Part shown: in pieces, positions 12,208 to 24,743 of the stretch
Layout of the letters: every line of letters begins with the position of its first letter
Numbering within the stretch: the first letter of the stretch is position 1
Origin: Basidiobolus meristosporus CBS 931.73
Taxonomy: Eukaryota > Fungi > Basidiobolomycota
Reading direction: 5' to 3'
Length of the DNA stretch: 64,000 nt
NCBI GenBank assembly: GCA_002104905.1
Contig: MCFE01000121.1
Coordinates: forward strand, 97,867-161,866
Made by a program: the position numbers and the translations under genes
The notes under the pieces: generated by a model
What the model was told of the DNA's origin: nothing
Seen by the model: the letters and a program-made list of their open reading frames with translations, nothing else
Database searches by the model: none

Positions 12208-13704
12208 TTAGAAACCAAGTTTACTGGCCACGCTTGATCCCAAGTTGGAGACTAGCGATGATCCCCAACTAGAGCCACTTGACCCCGATGTATCGGAACT
12301 GTATGGATCACTCGAGCTACTAGAGCTCGACTTGTCCGAACCGTACTTGCTAGACCCAGTCTTGCTGGAGCCGGAACTACCGCTGCTTGAGCTACTGCTG
12401 GAACTGCTATAATCATAGGGATCGCTAGATGAGCTAGATTTCTTGCTACTATGGCCGCCAGATGCACCAGAGCCTGAGCTGCTGCTAGAACCACTATAAT
12501 CATATGGATCATATGATGAGCTAGATTTCTTGCTGCTGTTGCTACCAGATGACCCGGAGCCTGAGCTAGAAGATGAACCGTAATCGCCACTGCTGCTAGA
12601 GCCATAGGGGTCTGACGACTTGCTATCATATCCAGAGCTCGAAGAACTTGAGCTCGAGCCACTACTACTGCTGCTAGAGCCGTAAGGGTCTGAAGACTTC
12701 TTGCTGGAGCCGGAGCCGGAGCCAGAGCCAGAGCCGGAGCCTCCCCAAAGACTAGAGAGGTAGCCACCGCTGCTAGATTTCTTTTTGGAACTTCCAGTAC
12801 CACTGGTCGAGTCCGTAGAGTCACCACCAGAGCCTCCCCAAAGACTAGAGAGGTAACCGCCGCTTGATTTGTCTTTGGAGCTACCATAGCTTGAGGAGCC
12901 ACTGGAGCTGCTACTGCTAGAGTCACCAGATCCTCCAAAGAGGCTAGAGAAGTAACCACCCGATTTCCCGGAAGCAGAGCTCGAGCTGGAGCTGGAACTA
13001 CCTGAATCACCGGCATAGGTGGATGCACTAGAACCGCTGCTTGAGGACGATCCACTCTTTTTACCTTTTTTATGTTTCCCATAAGAGGAATAGGTGTCAC
13101 CATAGCTATCGTAGGAGTAGGGGTCTTTCGATGCCGAATCACCAAACAAAGACGAGCCGGTGGATTTCTTGGTGGATTTCGAGTCGTCTGCCTTGCAATC
13201 ACCGTCACCGTCACAATCGTCCTTGAGATCCTTCTTTGGCAGGCCTTTCTTGCCGTCATCGTAGCCTTTGGTGTACCACTTCTTACGGGAAGCCCTCAAC
13301 CCCTCCTTGTACCCATTATCCCATTCATTGTCGTCTTCGCAGTCGGACCCGCCGGATTCCGACCCGGAGTCATCCCCGGAGTCGCAATCCTCTTCGTCCG
13401 AACTCGCGCTGTCACTGTCATCCTCGCAACCGCTGTCACAGGCCACCTTCTTCTTTTCGTAAGACTTGTGCTTCTCAACCGTCTTGGAACCGAGACCGGC
13501 GACTGCAGTGGTGCTGGTGCTGGAGCCAGACCCGCCATAACCAGAGGTGGAGGCAGCACTGGAGGAAGCGCTGGTGCCCACTGCATCCCCAGATTTGGTG
13601 GAACCATAGGAATCATTCAAGTATTCCGAAGGTACGGGCATGGCCACATTGGTAGAGATAAGGCACAGCAGGATCAAAGCAGCAGGAATCGATTTGTACA
13701 TCAT
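12208..13704 (-). CDS. Secreted Ser/Gly/Tyr-rich low-complexity protein (~500 aa), single exon
   Basis: N-terminal signal peptide (MMYKSIPAALILLCLISTNVA); acidic Cys-containing block; repeated GGY(L/F)SSL(W/F)GG and SDPY(G/D) motifs; TATA-like CTATAAAA ~130 nt upstream. Confidence 0.85.
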   Translation of the reverse strand: MMYKSIPAALILLCLISTNVAMPVPSEYLNDSYGSTKSGDAVGTSASSSAASTSGYGGSGSSTSTTAVAGLGSKTVEKHKSYEKKKVACDSGCEDDSDSASSDEEDCDSGDDSGSESGGSDCEDDNEWDNGYKEGLRASRKKWYTKGYDDGKKGLPKKDLKDDCDGDGDCKADDSKSTKKSTGSSLFGDSASKDPYSYDSYGDTYSSYGKHKKGKKSGSSSSSGSSASTYAGDSGSSSSSSSSASGKSGGYFSSLFGGSGDSSSSSSSGSSSYGSSKDKSSGGYLSSLWGGSGGDSTDSTSGTGSSKKKSSSGGYLSSLWGGSGSGSGSGSGSSKKSSDPYGSSSSSSGSSSSSSSSGYDSKSSDPYGSSSSGDYGSSSSSGSGSSGSNSSKKSSSSYDPYDYSGSSSSSGSGASGGHSSKKSSSSSDPYDYSSSSSSSSSGSSGSSKTGSSKYGSDKSSSSSSSDPYSSDTSGSSGSSWGSSLVSNLGSSVASKLGF

Positions 13705-14126
13705 AAATAGCAATCTCGCAGCGAACGAATACTGATGGATTTATGCGGGTTGGGCGGGGTTGGCTCGGACGAGGAAGGCCGAATGGGAAATGGGTGGTTG
13801 GGTGAGCATCCACTCTGTGACAGGGCGGCCTTTTATAGTGGGCGGCGTCCTCATCATGAAACACCGAGTCCCTTCTCCTGACTCATGATGTATGCGCGCA
13901 TGCATCAAACTCTGACAGCGTTTGCACGTTGTTTGATTATCACCGTTGCGATGCCAATCCACCTGTTGTCATGGAGTGTTCAGACAGAGTTTGAAGCCCT
14001 CACAGATCGGATTCATAATATGCGCGTACTGACTTCAAGTAGCAAAGATGATTTATTTGGATGTTGCACACTGGTTAGCCATCTGGGAGGGATGGGTTGG
14101 CACCGCTCCCAAGAGAAGGGGGATGC

Positions 14127-15846
14127 TCAGATAAATGGCTCAGGGATGATCTGGTAGAGGAAGGCCGTCACCACCACCACCAACGCAATGAAGATCGCTA
14201 CGTTGATGTCAAACAAAGGGCCTGGAGGAGATGAGATGCGGGGGTGAGTTGTGTGGGTCGATTGAGCATGGATCACTGAACCTATTACCTGCGGGCCATT
14301 TGTCTGGGATCTCGATCACTCGACATGTGTTGTCCACTGATCCACTGACCAGAAGTGTTGAGTCGCGGTTGAAGCTGAGACTGGTCACAGGAAACCCGTG
14401 GGCCGAGGGTATAATCTTCAAGGTCTGTGGGAGAAAGGTTCGTGACTGGTCAAGAGGCTACGACGCGAGACGGTACTTACCCTCAATGAATTAGCATCCA
14501 GGATGATGATCGACATGTCCGATGTGCCAAAGGCCAGCAGCTTCCCATCATCGCTAGCAGTAATCAGGTTAATTTCCTGGCCAACCAGTGCGACGACCAA
14601 ACCCTTACCTGATACAAAATGAGGTGACAGGCTTGCGGCTGACAGGGCAATTGCCAAGTCTGTCCCATGAGTGGGTGTCCCACTTGGTAATGAAGGCCCG
14701 ATCGCGGGATTTGGTGTTGACCACGGAATAGAGGAAGCCCTTCGTTTCCTTCTTGCCGAACCTGACCCGTCCGGTATTAGTTGGCGTAGTGGGGAGTATC
14801 CGGGCTGCGCTAGGCTTACCTGCAGGCTCGAAATATGCATGTGTTCGACTTGTTCAGTACTGGATTCTCAATGGTTTGGACAATCGATCCGTTGTTGGTG
14901 GACAGGACTCGAAGCTCGCCCTCTGTGATGAGCGCGATCTAGCAAAGCGATTAGATGATCCAGGTCGAAAATGGGTTTCCCGTTGGCGAGTAGATACCTG
15001 CTTGCCGGTCGAGTCAAAATCCGCATCAAGGATTTCTTTTTCGTCCCAGTTGACCGGGTCGAATGCGTACTTCATGGATGGGTACTTCAAAAGGGTGATC
15101 TAGAACACGGAGAACTGAGTGTATGTCACAGGTCAACGTATCGGTGGCTTGAAATACCTCGCCATTTGTAGTACAGCTGAGAATCAAATTTCCCTCGGGG
15201 CTAAATCGAACCACTTTCTAATGAAACCTATGAACGTGATGGTCGCATACAAGAGGTAATGCTTCATGCCTACTTGATAGTGGTCAGGGCTCTTGGCTTT
15301 TAGAGTTTGAGCGGAGGTTTTGACTTCGATTCTGTCGGCAGAGTTAGTCTCGCATACACAATCGGAGCATTGCCCAGGGCGGAATACTCACTTGTCGTGG
15401 TCGTAAGCGAAAACGCGACAATTCGTATTCTTTCCTGCCTTGATCTTCTCCTCGGAACTGTTGATACCGCAGACCAGGATTTCTTTCTGGAACAGGTAGA
15501 AACATAAGCACTCAATCCGCAGAAGTCTGCACGAAAAGTTCGCCTCTACCTTGGGGTGAACCGAGAGACACATAGGGGCATCTTCCTCTTTCTCAAGAAT
15601 AGCTTCCTGTGCTAACTTGAACTTTTTATCCTTCAGATCTATATCATACATGGACTTGGGTGCACGGTTAGCCTCGTCCCTGCTCACCACACTTATGCCT
15701 AAGGGCTATGGACGTACGATTTTATTTTGCACCCCAGTTCTACCAGCTCCACCACCACCGGCAGCGATCAACTTATCGTCCTGGGAGAAGGACACAGCGT
15801 AGATTGGAAACCCTATGGAGGAAACGAAAGAGTTGGTTTGAACCAT
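14127..15846 (-). CDS. SEC12: Sec12/PREB-like WD40 guanine-nucleotide exchange factor, multi-exon
   Basis: MVQTNSFVSSIGFPIYAVSF...AAGGGGAGRTGVQNKI motif; WD repeats (AHGFPVTSLSFN, LVSGSVDNTC); C-terminal TM helix INVAIFIALVVVVTAFLY. Confidence 0.85.
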
Positions 15847-16368
15847 TGAACGAGGCCAACGTTGTGTGTGAAAGGGATACAAGCGTAGAAACCACCGAAA
15901 AGGGGCAAAAAATGGCTAAAATGGGTCAGCTTTCATTCATTCATGCTTATATGTTTATCAATCTTCTGGGTAATTTAGCCGGCGGTTGCATCCAGTGGAT
16001 CCGTGAATCGGTATTCGCTACCCATTTGACGGGAAGTGGATCTCGATTGGTCTTTCGTTTCGCCATTCATTTCCCACTGTTGAACTGGTGTAGTAAGCTT
16101 GGTGCAACAACCTTGGCTATCAGGTGGAAACGAGGGCAGGGTTGGAGATGGTTAAAGGAAGAAGTCGGTGCAAAACCTCTAACATTTATTAAGGAACTGC
16201 TAATAGTGCACTAGTATAAATAGAGGGAGGGTATTTTAAGAGGAGGCTAGAAGAACAAGCCACTGCACAACACTACACCACGCACTGAAACAGTACCGCA
16301 CTCTTTACAAACACCACTGGTTATCGCGCGTAAAACCTCGGCCATAGCTTACTTCTGATGGGGCTACT

Positions 16369-19300
16369 CTAATTGGTCAGTGAGCTAGGGAAGCCACTAA
16401 ACTCCGCAACTTCTTCCACCTGGTGGCCATCGCCGGCTTGGAAGCTGATCTTCATTCTCAACCGAATTGGGGTCTTGGATGGACATGGGGTGGTATTTTG
16501 GTTACTTCGCTGCATCAATTTGAACGTGTGGACGTCTTCTTACCTGTTGTGGATTAGCTACTCTCATCAACTGCACAGCGGACTCTCCGACCGAGATAGC
16601 GGTCGACGAGGGTGGTTGCATTTGCAGCCGTTGGGTCTACATTGACAATTTTCCATTTGGTTATAAACCCGAGTTCAGGTGCGAGCCTTCTCCATCAAAA
16701 TACCTTGGGCACAGCCACTTGGAAGGCTAGATCCTCGATAGCAAGCTCCTCGCTGGTGTTAACAAAGTTGATCTTGATGTTGATGATCTTGGGGTTCTGA
16801 GAATCTTTGGCAGCATCCATTTCGATGCGAAGCCCATTCTTGTTGTATGCGATACAGGTGTCTATCGAAGAGATCGGCTCGGGTTAGAAGCATGTTGGAT
16901 GGGAACTCTTTTGGTCTCATACCATTATCCAATGAGGGCGAAATAGGGTTAGAAGCTGGGGCAGCAGGAGACCCGCTCAATCTCGGGCTTAGTGTGGATT
17001 GAACTCCGTTTGGATTGGCTGGGGATGAGGGTGTCTCACCGAGGAGATCGGCTAACCCATTTCCACTGGATGTGGATGCGGCGCCGTTAGGATTCGTAAC
17101 AAGAGCAGGTGTAGATATGTTTGTGGACCCGAAGATGTCTGCAAGTAAGTCCACTGTTTTCGGCAGATTGGAAGTAGGTGCTGGCGAAGTAGGTGCATTG
17201 TCACCGAGCAGGTCCAACAATAACTATCACAAAGGGAAGTTGCCCACGGTTAGCAGCATTTTGGGATTCTGAAGTTTCTTTGACTACTCACATCTCCCTC
17301 CTTGGGCTCCATGACGGCCCTCTTCTTGCTCTTGGACTTTTGGCGCTCAACTAAGCCATAAGCCGCGTGAATCTCTGGCTAGGTTCAATCAATTATATAT
17401 GACCTCTTACCAGGACTGGGCTCTCTCTCCCGGATCTCGGGGGCTGGCATCCGTTCGAAAACAGCGTTGCGGATTTCATCGTGTTTGAATAGGTTTTGAT
17501 ACTCAACAGCTCTCTGCTGTACCTCAGCCTCCATGCTGGTGGAATACTTCCGAAGGTTGCTTTGAATCCGAGGGATCACACTAGGATCGTGGAAGCGGTC
17601 GGCCAACTTCATGAGAGAGGTGGTCATGTATTCTCTGAGGGTGCGGTTGGCATAGGGACTGTTCAGAAGAGTTTCGAACAAGTCGAGAATGTCCCCTTCG
17701 GTAACCTGTGATAACGTAGCATCAAACGATCAATAATGAAGACTCTACAAGCCGAAAGTAATTTACGTACTCTCAGCGCCTCTTCACCGTTTTCAGGCTC
17801 CTGATGTTGCACCAACACATCCCCAAACTCGCCGATACACCATACACCAGCGAGTACTAGTCCCTCCTAGAGAAACAAACAGCATTGTAAGGCACAAGCC
17901 GGAAGCAAGAGCATTTAACAACGTACCTGTGAGATGTCTGACTTCAATTCCACGAATAGTTTCTTGACGGTGTATGGCTGCAGCTCCGGTGTACGGCATA
18001 CAAGCCCAATGAAGCTCGACACGATTTCCTCTCCTACATAATTACCGGCCTATAGAAGCGTCAATACAAATTGATGGCAACTGTATGCGCGGGAGCATCC
18101 ATACCAATTTCAATACGCGCAACAAGGTGTCAATATGCCAGCGCTGGTTCGGGGCGTAGCTAGAAAGTAGCAGGACTAAGTCGCAAGAATATCAAGCAAG
18201 ATTTCTCCACTAAATGTATACCGATCAGCAGAGATACGGATCTTGGAGGCCAAGCTTTGCTTGAACTCGGTCTCAGCAACTTCCAAGAAGGAAAGCAGCT
18301 CCCGGATCATCACACGTACATTCGAGTCGTTAATCAAGGCGAACGAGAGCTCCAATGCCCGTCGACGAATAGAGATATCAGGATCCCGAAGACATTTCAC
18401 CACCGTCTCGCGATGCCGCTGAATGGCATTCATGTCCATGATGGCAGTTTTGTTCAATGTATTCAGCGCAACGTAACGGATGTTGTTGTCCCGGTTGGTG
18501 AGGAAACGCCCTAGAATGTTGATGGCAAGCACACGTAAACTACTATCCGAATCGGTCTCCATGATGGTGAGAACGGTTTCATAGAGGATGGAATTGCCGA
18601 CGTTTTTGGCCGAATCCGTGCTAGTGGCCACTTGTGTCAAGATATCATTCATGGACTCCACAGCATCCGGGTTGTCTTCGCCCAAGATTCGCAGTAACCT
18701 AAGGATCTTCACCTGGAGGAAAGGATCCGTAAGACCACCAACATCGTGTTCAGGGGAGAATCCAGATGTCGCCAGCGTACGCAGGCGACTGACCAGCGTA
18801 GGAACAATCTAAAGAGAGAGACATTAGGATACCAGGCGAAACACAGGCTGTAGTTCATGGGCACATACACTGCTCAACGAGGAGACGTTTTCGGGGTTTT
18901 GGGTACACAGCTCGATCATGAGGGTGATTCCAGTGAGCATGACTCCGTGATTTTTATCAGCGATGAGAGACTTCGCCCTTAACACAAATGTTTCCTCCAG
19001 CTCTGGGGCTTTTCTGATAAGACGAATCGCACACAAGGCCGCCTGGTGGAAACTTCTAATCAGCACAACCCCACCAACCCCATAACATACTCCATCCACC
19101 AACCTTTCTGCGTAAGTAAGCATTAGGATTTTCCATGAGTCTTTCCACCTCGTCAACCAAGTCTTTGGCCACGTCTTCGGATGCAATATTTCCTAGCGTA
19201 CACAGAGCGAGACCAACGATGTGCATGTTGCTGTGGTTCAAATCACTATTACGAATGAAGCATAACAACTAAATCGAGCTATGATGATAACCAACGCAAA

Positions 19301-19705
19301 GACTCGCAACAACCATAAGGATACTTCTTCAAGGAGTTAGTGAGCAGTGTTAAGACCTCCTGATTCTCATCTAACAAAAGCATGGTTCCAAGATATCCGA
19401 GACGCTTATCGCCGAAATGAGGGGAAGCGACCAATTTCAGGCAATCAATCTGGCCAAAATGGGCCGGGTAGCCTAGCATGTGGATGTAAAGTAACTTGGA
19501 AACATTGTGGTATCTCGTTTCACTGTTCTCCTCACGGAATGCGGTACGAATGGCGGCGGATTCTTTTTGAATGACCGCTCTTTCGTCGGCGGCGGTTTTG
19601 GTGCGACGAATAGCTCGAATGAGATCTACAACCAGATGAATGTTATTGAGAGGCGAGGCCCAGTGCAGGGTTCGGGAGCCTACCTTTCAAACGAAAATAG
19701 ACCAT
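16369..19705 (-). CDS. APL4: AP-1 adaptor complex gamma subunit, multi-exon (start may extend upstream)
   Basis: MVYFRLK|[11 protein letters not shown]...[26 protein letters not shown]; [13 protein letters not shown]; [11 protein letters not shown]; [11 protein letters not shown]; C-terminal ear ending [15 protein letters not shown]. Confidence 0.95.
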
Positions 19706-20294
19706 TTTAAAGGAGTTCTTTAGGCCGGAAGTGAAATGGTACCTATAACACCTGCGTCTTAGATGTGCTTTCCGCTCGGTTGCCTGTTTTGAGTAGAAAG
19801 CAAGAAAACGGAAAGTTGTCTATTTTCCTTGATAGCATTAATCCAATGATAAGTTATTTGTGATGTAATGCCAGCCTGTGGGATGGAGCGATCGTGGATA
19901 TGTGTGAGCTAAATAGAATTCGTTGGTTTATTCAAGGATTTGTTGTCTAAACCGCCCCATTAAATCATGTGATGTGTATGCGAACGGAGCAAATGAAAAT
20001 CCAATCTAAATAATTAAAGAGCTGAACGTATGCATCAACCCTGGGCAAAAAGTCAAGGGAAGGGAGGGGAAGAGATTAAAGCAAAGGGAATATAAGTTAT
20101 GGATAGCGACGACAGAGAATAGATTGCTAAGCCAAACGGGAAAGCATTAAGGAGAATAGTGGCGGCATTAATGAAGCCTCTTGTACTGATCAGCGGTGGA
20201 GAATAAGAACCTCTCCATGGGCAATCCGGGATTTTGTTGGTGCATCAAGGATTGTGGGAACTCTAACGCTGGTGCGCGGTGCGCGGTGCTGGCT

Positions 20295-21360
20295 TTATAA
20301 AATCAGGCATTTGCTCTTTTTCTTCTTATCTCTTCCGGCGATGCTGTTTGCTCTGCGATCCCCTTCTTTGGAGGTGCGGATCATACGGACAACAGAGTAA
20401 AACGCCTTCTCAACGTTCACTGCCGTTTTGGCAGAGCTTTCGATGAATTCACAGCCCAGGCGCCTGGCCAATCCAAGCCCCTCCTCCTTGGACACCTCTC
20501 GCTCGTTGGTTTTGTCGCATTTGTTGCCAACCAGCATCATTGGGACCTGCTCAGTGTCCTTGACTCGGATAATTTGATCTCTGAAACGTTCAATCCGCTC
20601 GAATGTGGACCGCGAAGCGATGGAATATACCAGCAAAAAGCCCTCGCCATCTCTGAAGATTATAGGATACCAGTTAGATGTGCAACGATGCTCCGCTGGA
20701 GAGAAGGGGGAAATTGGCATAATATGATGCTGAATCGAAGTACAAACCTAATCCACTGGTCACGGAGAGCGGTGTATTCCTCTAAATATCAGAAAATTCA
20801 TCGTTAGGGCCACGACAACAGAGTCGTAACATATCAGCCAAGCTCGATCCTGACCTTGGCCAGCTGTATCCAAAACCTCCAACATGCAAGAATGGTCATC
20901 AATTACTGCCTGTTTGCGGTAGGAGTCTTCGATGGTGGGGTCATAGGTCTATTTTTTGGGTCTGGGTATTAGCGAACGGCTACTGGAATGGGAGGGATGC
21001 TGTATTAGGATCGTGCTTTGAACGGCACCGCTTACTGACCTCTAGATAACAAGTCAAGTGTTAATTTCATCCTTTACATTATAGAGGTTGCTTTGTCTTA
21101 CCGACGAAATGGTTCAGACAGAGCTGGCAATAAGTTCCCAAAGATTAATACATTTCCCTGGCATTAGCCGTACGTATATATGTGGCTTACTTGAATAGTC
21201 AATGCGGTCTACCAGTCACATATGAAGTAAGGCGGATAAATTCCATTTGAAGCCATTTAGTTTCCATTACTATCCCATGGGTGGGATGACAAGTACGCAA
21301 AAAAGAAAATACCTTGCCTACACCTCCATCACCTAAAACTACAATTTTATACAATATCAT
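20295..21360 (-). CDS. RAS: Ras GTPase (fungal Ras2-like), 7 coding exons including microexons of 18, 22 and 2 nt
   Basis: [16 protein letters not shown]|TALTIQ|LCLNHFV E|[13 protein letters not shown]...DTAGQ|[12 protein letters not shown]|DGEGF...NKCD...ESSAK...KSKCLIL (CaaX). Confidence 0.95.
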
Positions 21361-21678
21361 CTTGTAATAGATAGGCGCAAGGAAAGGAAGGGACGGAGAG
21401 AGGAGGGGAGGGAAGATGAGAAGGGTAGGAGTCGGGGTGCTTACTAGGCTTCTATGCGAGGAGAGATGAGCTAAGCCAGCAGGATTAAATTAACAAGCCA
21501 CAATGGTCAATAGGCAGAAGACAGAAGAGGAATAAAGGCCGAGAGAATAGGGAGTGTGAGAGTAAAGAAGGGGGAGGGGCAACTCACGATGGTGCTACTA
21601 CCCAGTGGAGTGAAAAAACCACACAAATTAATAATGGTGGGGAGAAGTGAGGGGAGGCTGGAATGGAATCAACAGGTG

Positions 21679-21698
21679 AGGGTTAGGGTTAGGGTTAG
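21679..21698 (+). repeat. Interstitial (TTAGGG)n-type repeat upstream of Ras
   Basis: AGGGTTAGGGTTAGGGTTAG, followed by degenerate tggttaggtgg. Confidence 0.7.
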
Positions 21699-21828
21699 TG
21701 TGGTTAGGTGGAATCAATGTGAAGGGAGGCTGGAACGGGAATGGGATGGGATCAGCAGGATGAATAAGGTTTGAGAGTAAATTGGCCCTCGCCGCCTGAC
21801 CCTGCGATGGATATGATGAAGGACGTTC

Positions 21829-21858
21829 AGGGCAGGGCAGGGCAGCGCAGGGCAGCGG
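21829..21858 (+). repeat. (CAGGG)n pentamer microsatellite
   Basis: cagggcagggcagggcagcgcagggcagcg. Confidence 0.6.
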
Positions 21859-22364
21859 AGTGGGCTGTTCAGTAAGAGAACCAGTGCAACCTCAGATAAC
21901 AAAGTGTGACATCATGATGATATCAAGGCTGAATGGTGTCTCCATAATATATGTAGGTAACCGAACGGTAGGTTGGCATACAATCATGTGGAAGCGGGCC
22001 ATATGCCAGCGTCTTGCCTCTTGAAGGCTTTGCCGTAACCAGCACTGTAACTAACTCGTTTTGGGGAGATGAGACTGGCACTTAGCAAATATGGCCCCGA
22101 GCCTTCGTTAAGGAGAGAACGGGGATTGGTTTGTGGGAGGGCATCCACATAAATTTTCCATGATGAAGGGGTTCCCAGGGAAAACCAATCGGATGAACTC
22201 GATAAATCGAAAAAAATGTTCGCCTTGTTGAAATCCCTGCAAATACCTTTTCCATCGTTTCTGATTTTTCGGATTCCTCAGCTATAAACGCTAGATATTA
22301 AATTCATCCGTAACAGCCATACCCACTCTTCAGTTGCGATTGAATGTTCAACAGTTAAACCCAA

Positions 22365-23549
22365 ATGAATTCTCATGTGCAAACAACCTCCGCTGCTAAC
22401 GAGCTGGAATCGAGTAGCAGCTCTGCGGAGCCTACAGACAGTAGCCTCATTGACAACTTCATGTTCGGTTTGGCAAGCCCAGCCAGTACTTTGGCTCAAG
22501 TGCAGCAGCTGGCTGTTGCATCCGCCTCGAATAGTTTGAAACGCAAGCCTGATTTAACTCACAGCTTCCTAAACTCTCTGTCCACCAAGCAATCCCGCAA
22601 GGATACTGGTTCTCCCACCAGCCCCACCAGCTTCCGCTTCGTACCCCAAGAGGAATTTGTTCAAGTACGCCTACAAATATCTTTCCCAGCTGCAACGTCG
22701 CTTACGTTTCATTTTCGCGATTTAGCTCCCCATAGATCAGAAGCTCAATGCAATCTACGCCGCATTACGCGATATGAGCCAGACCAAAGTCGTAACCGTC
22801 CAAAGCACACAACCCTCTAACCCCTCGATTAACCTGGAATTCCACCCCAGAAAGGTAAGCTTTCCGGCTTAGTCGCAACTGGGGAGCCCGTTCTCACCTC
22901 GAACTTGTTTTGCAGAATGATTTCACCAAATGGATCAAGATATGGTTCTCTCGTTTAAAAACGCCAGTTTATCTGAAAAGCGAGGCGTCCATCAAGGTGT
23001 GTTGGATGCATATGTTTGTTGACTTGTAGTATACGCAGAGCAATGGTGCTCATATTTGCATCGCAACTGTAGAGGGAGATACTTCAATCGGGGATCTTTT
23101 CTGGTCAGGAACTAGCACCAACCAACAACACCCGCTTTCAGAAAGAGCTGGTCACCCACTTCCAGTTGAAACTGAACGAGAACCGCGGCAACGCTAGGAA
23201 GAAGGTCCTTGGCTTGAAAGAGTACAAGAAATATCTGAAATTGCACTACCAAGGCGCTTGCGGAGTTCATATTCTCCGATGTGCCCATTACCGAGGAGCA
23301 GCTGAGAAAAGCCGCGTTGATGGTAAGTTGGACTGGGACAGGATGTCATCGACCGTAACTAACACAGGCTATTAGCGTCAGATTGCCATCAAGCACGGGT
23401 ACATGACGGATCCAACCAAGGACGAGAATTTCTGGACCACTTTTCACGAAATCCACACTAGCATCTGCAGCTCCGACAAGGCCAGCGACATTTTTGAAAC
23501 GATATTAATTGAAGACCAAAGTCAGTTCAGTGGCCTGGACAAACCATAG
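22365..23549 (+). CDS. Hypothetical multi-exon protein; middle exons not cleanly resolved (possible pseudogene)
   Basis: Ser-rich first exon, then clear GT-AG introns near 22665, 22855 and 22997. Protein-like segments (ELVTHFQLKLNENRGNARKK; ALAEFIFSDVPITEEQLRKAALM) lie in different frames. Confidence 0.45.
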
Positions 23550-23794
23550 ACACTTCCAATAGACTTCACTGCCACACAAACCCATCGAGGCTTTTGCTGC
23601 TATTCTGTGTATAATCTGTAATATTTTAATGCGTGGCTCCGTTTGATTAAATCACTTTAACCATACGATGCAGTGTTGCTCGTGAAGCAGAATAGTTACC
23701 AAACGCAGTATATTGCTCCATGCAGTGCTACCTCATGGTGACCCCAACTGTTTATTCAAGATAAAAACATGTACAAATCTCTATGGTTGATATA

Positions 23795-24743
23795 TTAACG
23801 CCGGCGATAACTTTTCCTAATATTATTATCGTTGTTTTCATCAGCAAGTTCGGCTGATCGCTTTTTCTTCTTGACATCCTCTTCGTCGGGTGGGGGGAAG
23901 CTGAACACATACGTTCTGGGGTTCTTGCTGGTGATCTCCTCGTTGTCGCCCACGGAGAGGCCCTCTTTGAATCCCAGCGTGCGGCGATGCTCATAGCCCG
24001 GATATTTCTCCGGCAAGAAGGGGAAGCTGGTCTTTGTGATTAGGCGGCTTGATTTGGCCAGCTCCTTGAGATTCCATAGATCGTACGGCTTTCCTGTCTT
24101 TAGCGCCACATGAATTTCTCCATCGACTGGGTCTCCGCTTTGACGCGAAGTCAGGTATCCAACGGCGGAGGCAAAGAAATCGCGCATCAAAACCTGGTTG
24201 ACTCGGATGTTTCGATCCTGGTCCTTAATGCCCGCACCTAGAGTAACCGTCTTAGAAGCCAATCCAACATTCTCTCTAGAGATAAGCCATGGAAAGAGGC
24301 CACTTACCAGCGTGAGGGAAATTGAATACGATTCTTGTGAACCTCTTGCCTTTGATTTCCTTCAATTTATCCAACTTGGTCCCATCCACCTCGAACAGAA
24401 CAACCCCCCCTGCCTCCTTGAACTCTGCCATCAACTTTTCAGCATCGTCGTATTTGGTCTTCAAGACCTCCTCCGAATCCAAGCATGTCGCAATGATGCT
24501 GCTGCCAGTACCAAGAAGATTCCCAAGAGCACGGGCGAAGCTGAAATTTCCCTCACCAATCAGTAGGATAGTGTCCTCAATCGAGAACGGGAATGGCACA
24601 GCTTGTATGTTGACGCTTTTCTTGGGCTTCTCTTTTCTCTTGCTCTCCAGGTTCTCATGTTTGAGCAACTTGTCGGTCTGGGCCTTTTTGTCGATGAATC
24701 TGCCCAAGGCAGCCTTGAGTTTCTTTTTCGCCGGCTTAGGCAT
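23795..24743 (-). CDS. BMT5: DUF2431 / BMT5-like 25S rRNA uridine-N3 methyltransferase, 2 exons
   Basis: ILLIGEGNFSFARAL, IIATCLDS, FEVDGTKL, RIVFNFPHAG|AG, GKPYDLWNL, YPGYEHRRTLG. Confidence 0.85.

Noticed and set aside
12252-13710. Long alternative-frame and antisense ORFs over the Ser/Gly-rich gene (335, 212, 139 aa)
   Set aside because: Expected shadows of repetitive, codon-biased sequence; no motifs or signal peptides.
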